A DNA stretch of 28,440 bases from positions 1 to 28,440 of the forward strand of contig JBBDYA010000070.1 in NCBI GenBank assembly GCA_040902005.1, given 5' to 3'. This DNA comes from Gemmatimonadaceae bacterium. GTDB taxonomy: Bacteria > Gemmatimonadota > Gemmatimonadetes > Gemmatimonadales > Gemmatimonadaceae. The position numbers and the translations under genes are program-made. Numbering within the stretch: position 1 is the first letter of the stretch; each line of letters opens with the position of its first letter. Shown here piece by piece: positions 26,343 to 28,440 of the stretch. Below the pieces are notes generated by a model. The model was not told the DNA's origin. It saw only the letters and a list, made by a program, of their open reading frames with translations, and searched no databases.

Positions 26343-27303
26343 AGCGTTTGTACTACTCGTGCTTGGCGCCGCCACCGTGGCTGCGCAGCAGCAACAGGGC
26401 GGGGGAAATCCGCTTCGCGTGGACGACGTCGCCACCTACGCCCGCGTGCATGTCGCGATCGTCGCCGCGCGCGACTCGGCCAACGCCAGGCTTGCGCGCC
26501 CGGCGAACAAGACCGCGAAGGCGCAGCGCGAGCACCAGGACAGCCTGCGCGCGCAGATCGCGGAGATCCTGCATCACGGCGGAATGACCGACGCGGAATA
26601 CCAGCGGCGGACGTTCCTGGTGAGCAGCGATACCGTCACGCGGCGGATCTACGACAGCGTAGTCGTCGTGCTCACTGGCACCCCCCTGCCGGGGCAGGTC
26701 GTGCGCGGGATGACGTTCCAGTTGCCTCCCGGCAGGGCCGGCGTGCACGTCGGCCACGTCCTCAACGGCTACGAAGACACGCCGGGGCTCCAGGGGCTGC
26801 TGCCCGTCGCGATGGCGGAGGCGCGCGTCGCCACGCAGCATGCGACGCTGGCCACGCGCCAGCCCGAGAACCTCCAGTACATGAAGACCCACAGCGAGCA
26901 CGTGATGCACGCGCTCGATCCGTCCACGGTGCCGCAACTGATGGCGCCCGGCCAGGGCTATGGCCTGAAGAAGGCGGTGGCCGCCATTTCGGAGCACATC
27001 GAGCTGGCCGCGAAGGAATCGGACGCCACCGCGAACGTGGTCGCGCACGCGCGTCACGTGGTGATGTCGGTGAAGAACACGCAATCACGCGCGGATCAGA
27101 TGCTCGCGCTCGCGGCTCAGGTGCTGACGGCGACGTTGCCGGCAGAAGCGGCGAAGCTGGTGAGTCAGCTGGCGTCGCTGGGCGAACAGCTCGCCGCAGG
27201 CGCCGACGCCAATGGCGACGGCCGCATCACCTTCGAGCTGAACGAAGGCGGGATGCAGCACGTGGACCAGCACGTGAAGTTCATGCTGCCGCCGCGCCCC
27301 TGA
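26332..27303 (+). CDS. Hypothetical exported His-rich helical protein with EF-hand-like loop
   Basis: Signal peptide MMTRAFVLLVLGAATVAA; start overlaps the upstream stop; DANGDGRITF motif. Confidence 0.75.
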   Translation: MMTRAFVLLVLGAATVAAQQQQGGGNPLRVDDVATYARVHVAIVAARDSANARLARPANKTAKAQREHQDSLRAQIAEILHHGGMTDAEYQRRTFLVSSDTVTRRIYDSVVVVLTGTPLPGQVVRGMTFQLPPGRAGVHVGHVLNGYEDTPGLQGLLPVAMAEARVATQHATLATRQPENLQYMKTHSEHVMHALDPSTVPQLMAPGQGYGLKKAVAAISEHIELAAKESDATANVVAHARHVVMSVKNTQSRADQMLALAAQVLTATLPAEAAKLVSQLASLGEQLAAGADANGDGRITFELNEGGMQHVDQHVKFMLPPRP

Positions 27304-27340
27304 CCGCGCACCCCTGACCGCGCGGGGCGAGCGGCGGTGG

Positions 27341-28440
27341 TCAGCAGGACACGCAGCGGTGGCTGTTCTTCGCGCCGAGCTTCTCGAGCAGGGCGATCGT
27401 TTCCGGGAAGGGCCTGAGCCGCTGCACGGGGCCGTTGGCCATGTCCACCGTTGTCCTGAAGTTGCGCGACACCGCGCGTGGGTCCGCGCCCCGTTCAACG
27501 AGGTAGAGAATCATCTCGTTGTCGCCGCGCGATGCGGCATGGTGCAGCGGGGTCATGCCGTTGGCGTCGCGCTGATTCACGTCCGCCTTGAGCTCCTCCA
27601 CGAGATACCGGATGGCGGGCATCCAGCCCTCCGGTACATGCCGGTGCGAGTTGCCCGCGAATCCGTTCCCGTAGCCCACGCCGGCCGCGGCGTGGATGGG
27701 ATGGACGCCAACGCCCGGGGGAACCGCGCGCGCAGCGGAATCGATCTCCGGAGTCGCCGCAACGAGTGCCGGTCCGCGGCCACCGCCACCTCTGCCACCA
27801 GCCGCGCCCTCGGCGCCGCCGGCGCTACCAGCGCGCGGCGTGCGCTGCGACGGCAGCGCCGGATCGGCGCCATGTTTCACGAGCAGGCGCATGGCGTCCA
27901 CGTCCAGCGCGTACGCCGCGCGCCAGAATGCCGTGGACCCCTCGAGGTTCTCCAGTCCGCAGTTGCCGCTGCCGCAGTTGTTGTACGCGAAATACCAGAG
28001 GTGCTGCCGGATGCGCACATTCGGGTCGGCGCCCGCGGCGAGGAGCGCGGTCATCAGTTCGAGGTGCGTCGTCTGCTGGAACTCCACTGCGTTCGGCTGC
28101 GGGTAGCGCGAGCGCGGCCGCCACTGCGCATTGACCACGGCGTACAGCGGGGTCGCGCCTGCGGTGCTTCCCAGGTTGGGATTCGCGCCGCGCTGCACCA
28201 GCGTCAGGGCGACGTCGAAGTGGCCGTTGATCGACGCGAGCAGGAGCGGGGTGGTGCTGTCCACGTGCGAGCGCGCGTCGATCCGCGCGCCGGCGTCCAG
28301 CAAGGCGATCGCCGCCGCGCGATTCCCCTGACGCACCGCGTGGTGCAGCGCGGTCAGCCCGCCCACGCCGCCGCCGGACGCGGCGAACCCGGGCACGCCC
28401 CCAATGATCGTGTCGACATCCACCTGCACCGGGCCACGGG
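27341..28440 (-). CDS. Ankyrin-repeat protein, 5'-truncated by window edge
   Basis: Repeated TALHHA, TPLLLA, TPLYAV, TPLHHAA and GADPN motifs; frame is open to the window end. Confidence 0.9.
   Translation of the reverse strand, partial: RGPVQVDVDTIIGGVPGFAASGGGVGGLTALHHAVRQGNRAAAIALLDAGARIDARSHVDSTTPLLLASINGHFDVALTLVQRGANPNLGSTAGATPLYAVVNAQWRPRSRYPQPNAVEFQQTTHLELMTALLAAGADPNVRIRQHLWYFAYNNCGSGNCGLENLEGSTAFWRAAYALDVDAMRLLVKHGADPALPSQRTPRAGSAGGAEGAAGGRGGGGRGPALVAATPEIDSAARAVPPGVGVHPIHAAAGVGYGNGFAGNSHRHVPEGWMPAIRYLVEELKADVNQRDANGMTPLHHAASRGDNEMILYLVERGADPRAVSRNFRTTVDMANGPVQRLRPFPETIALLEKLGAKNSHRCVSC

Noticed and set aside
27297..27323. 13-bp direct repeat CCCCTGACCGCGC x2 at a stop codon
   Set aside because: Most simply a small local duplication. 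No inserted element lies between the copies and no function is evident.

Overview
GC-rich bacterial chromosomal window. Gene style suggests Gemmatimonadota, but this is inference. It opens with the 3' part of tRNA-Gln(CTG), a terminator and a metallophosphoesterase. Next is a ~14 kb minus-strand phosphate-starvation island: phoB, phoR, TonB-dependent receptor, large surface lipoprotein, small lipoprotein, putative porin, then pstS-pstC-pstA-pstB-pstB-phoU. Five intergenic regions of this island carry the same GTNAC-N6-GTNAC motif (11-bp period), a candidate lineage-specific Pho box. The right half is a mixed set: Omp85/BamA-like protein, CHRD lipoprotein, carboxypeptidase-regulatory-like protein, mscL, nirK-cytochrome c fusion, DHFR/RibD-like protein, orphan histidine kinase, DUF1697, exported creatininase-like protein, ilvE-like aminotransferase, FmdB zinc ribbon, His-rich exported protein and a partial ankyrin protein. 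Three unexplained non-coding structures stand out: a 7/14-bp repeat tract before mscL, a tandem palindromic operator-like pair, and an ~18-unit 21/22-bp degenerate array. No integrase, transposase or CRISPR-cas is visible.
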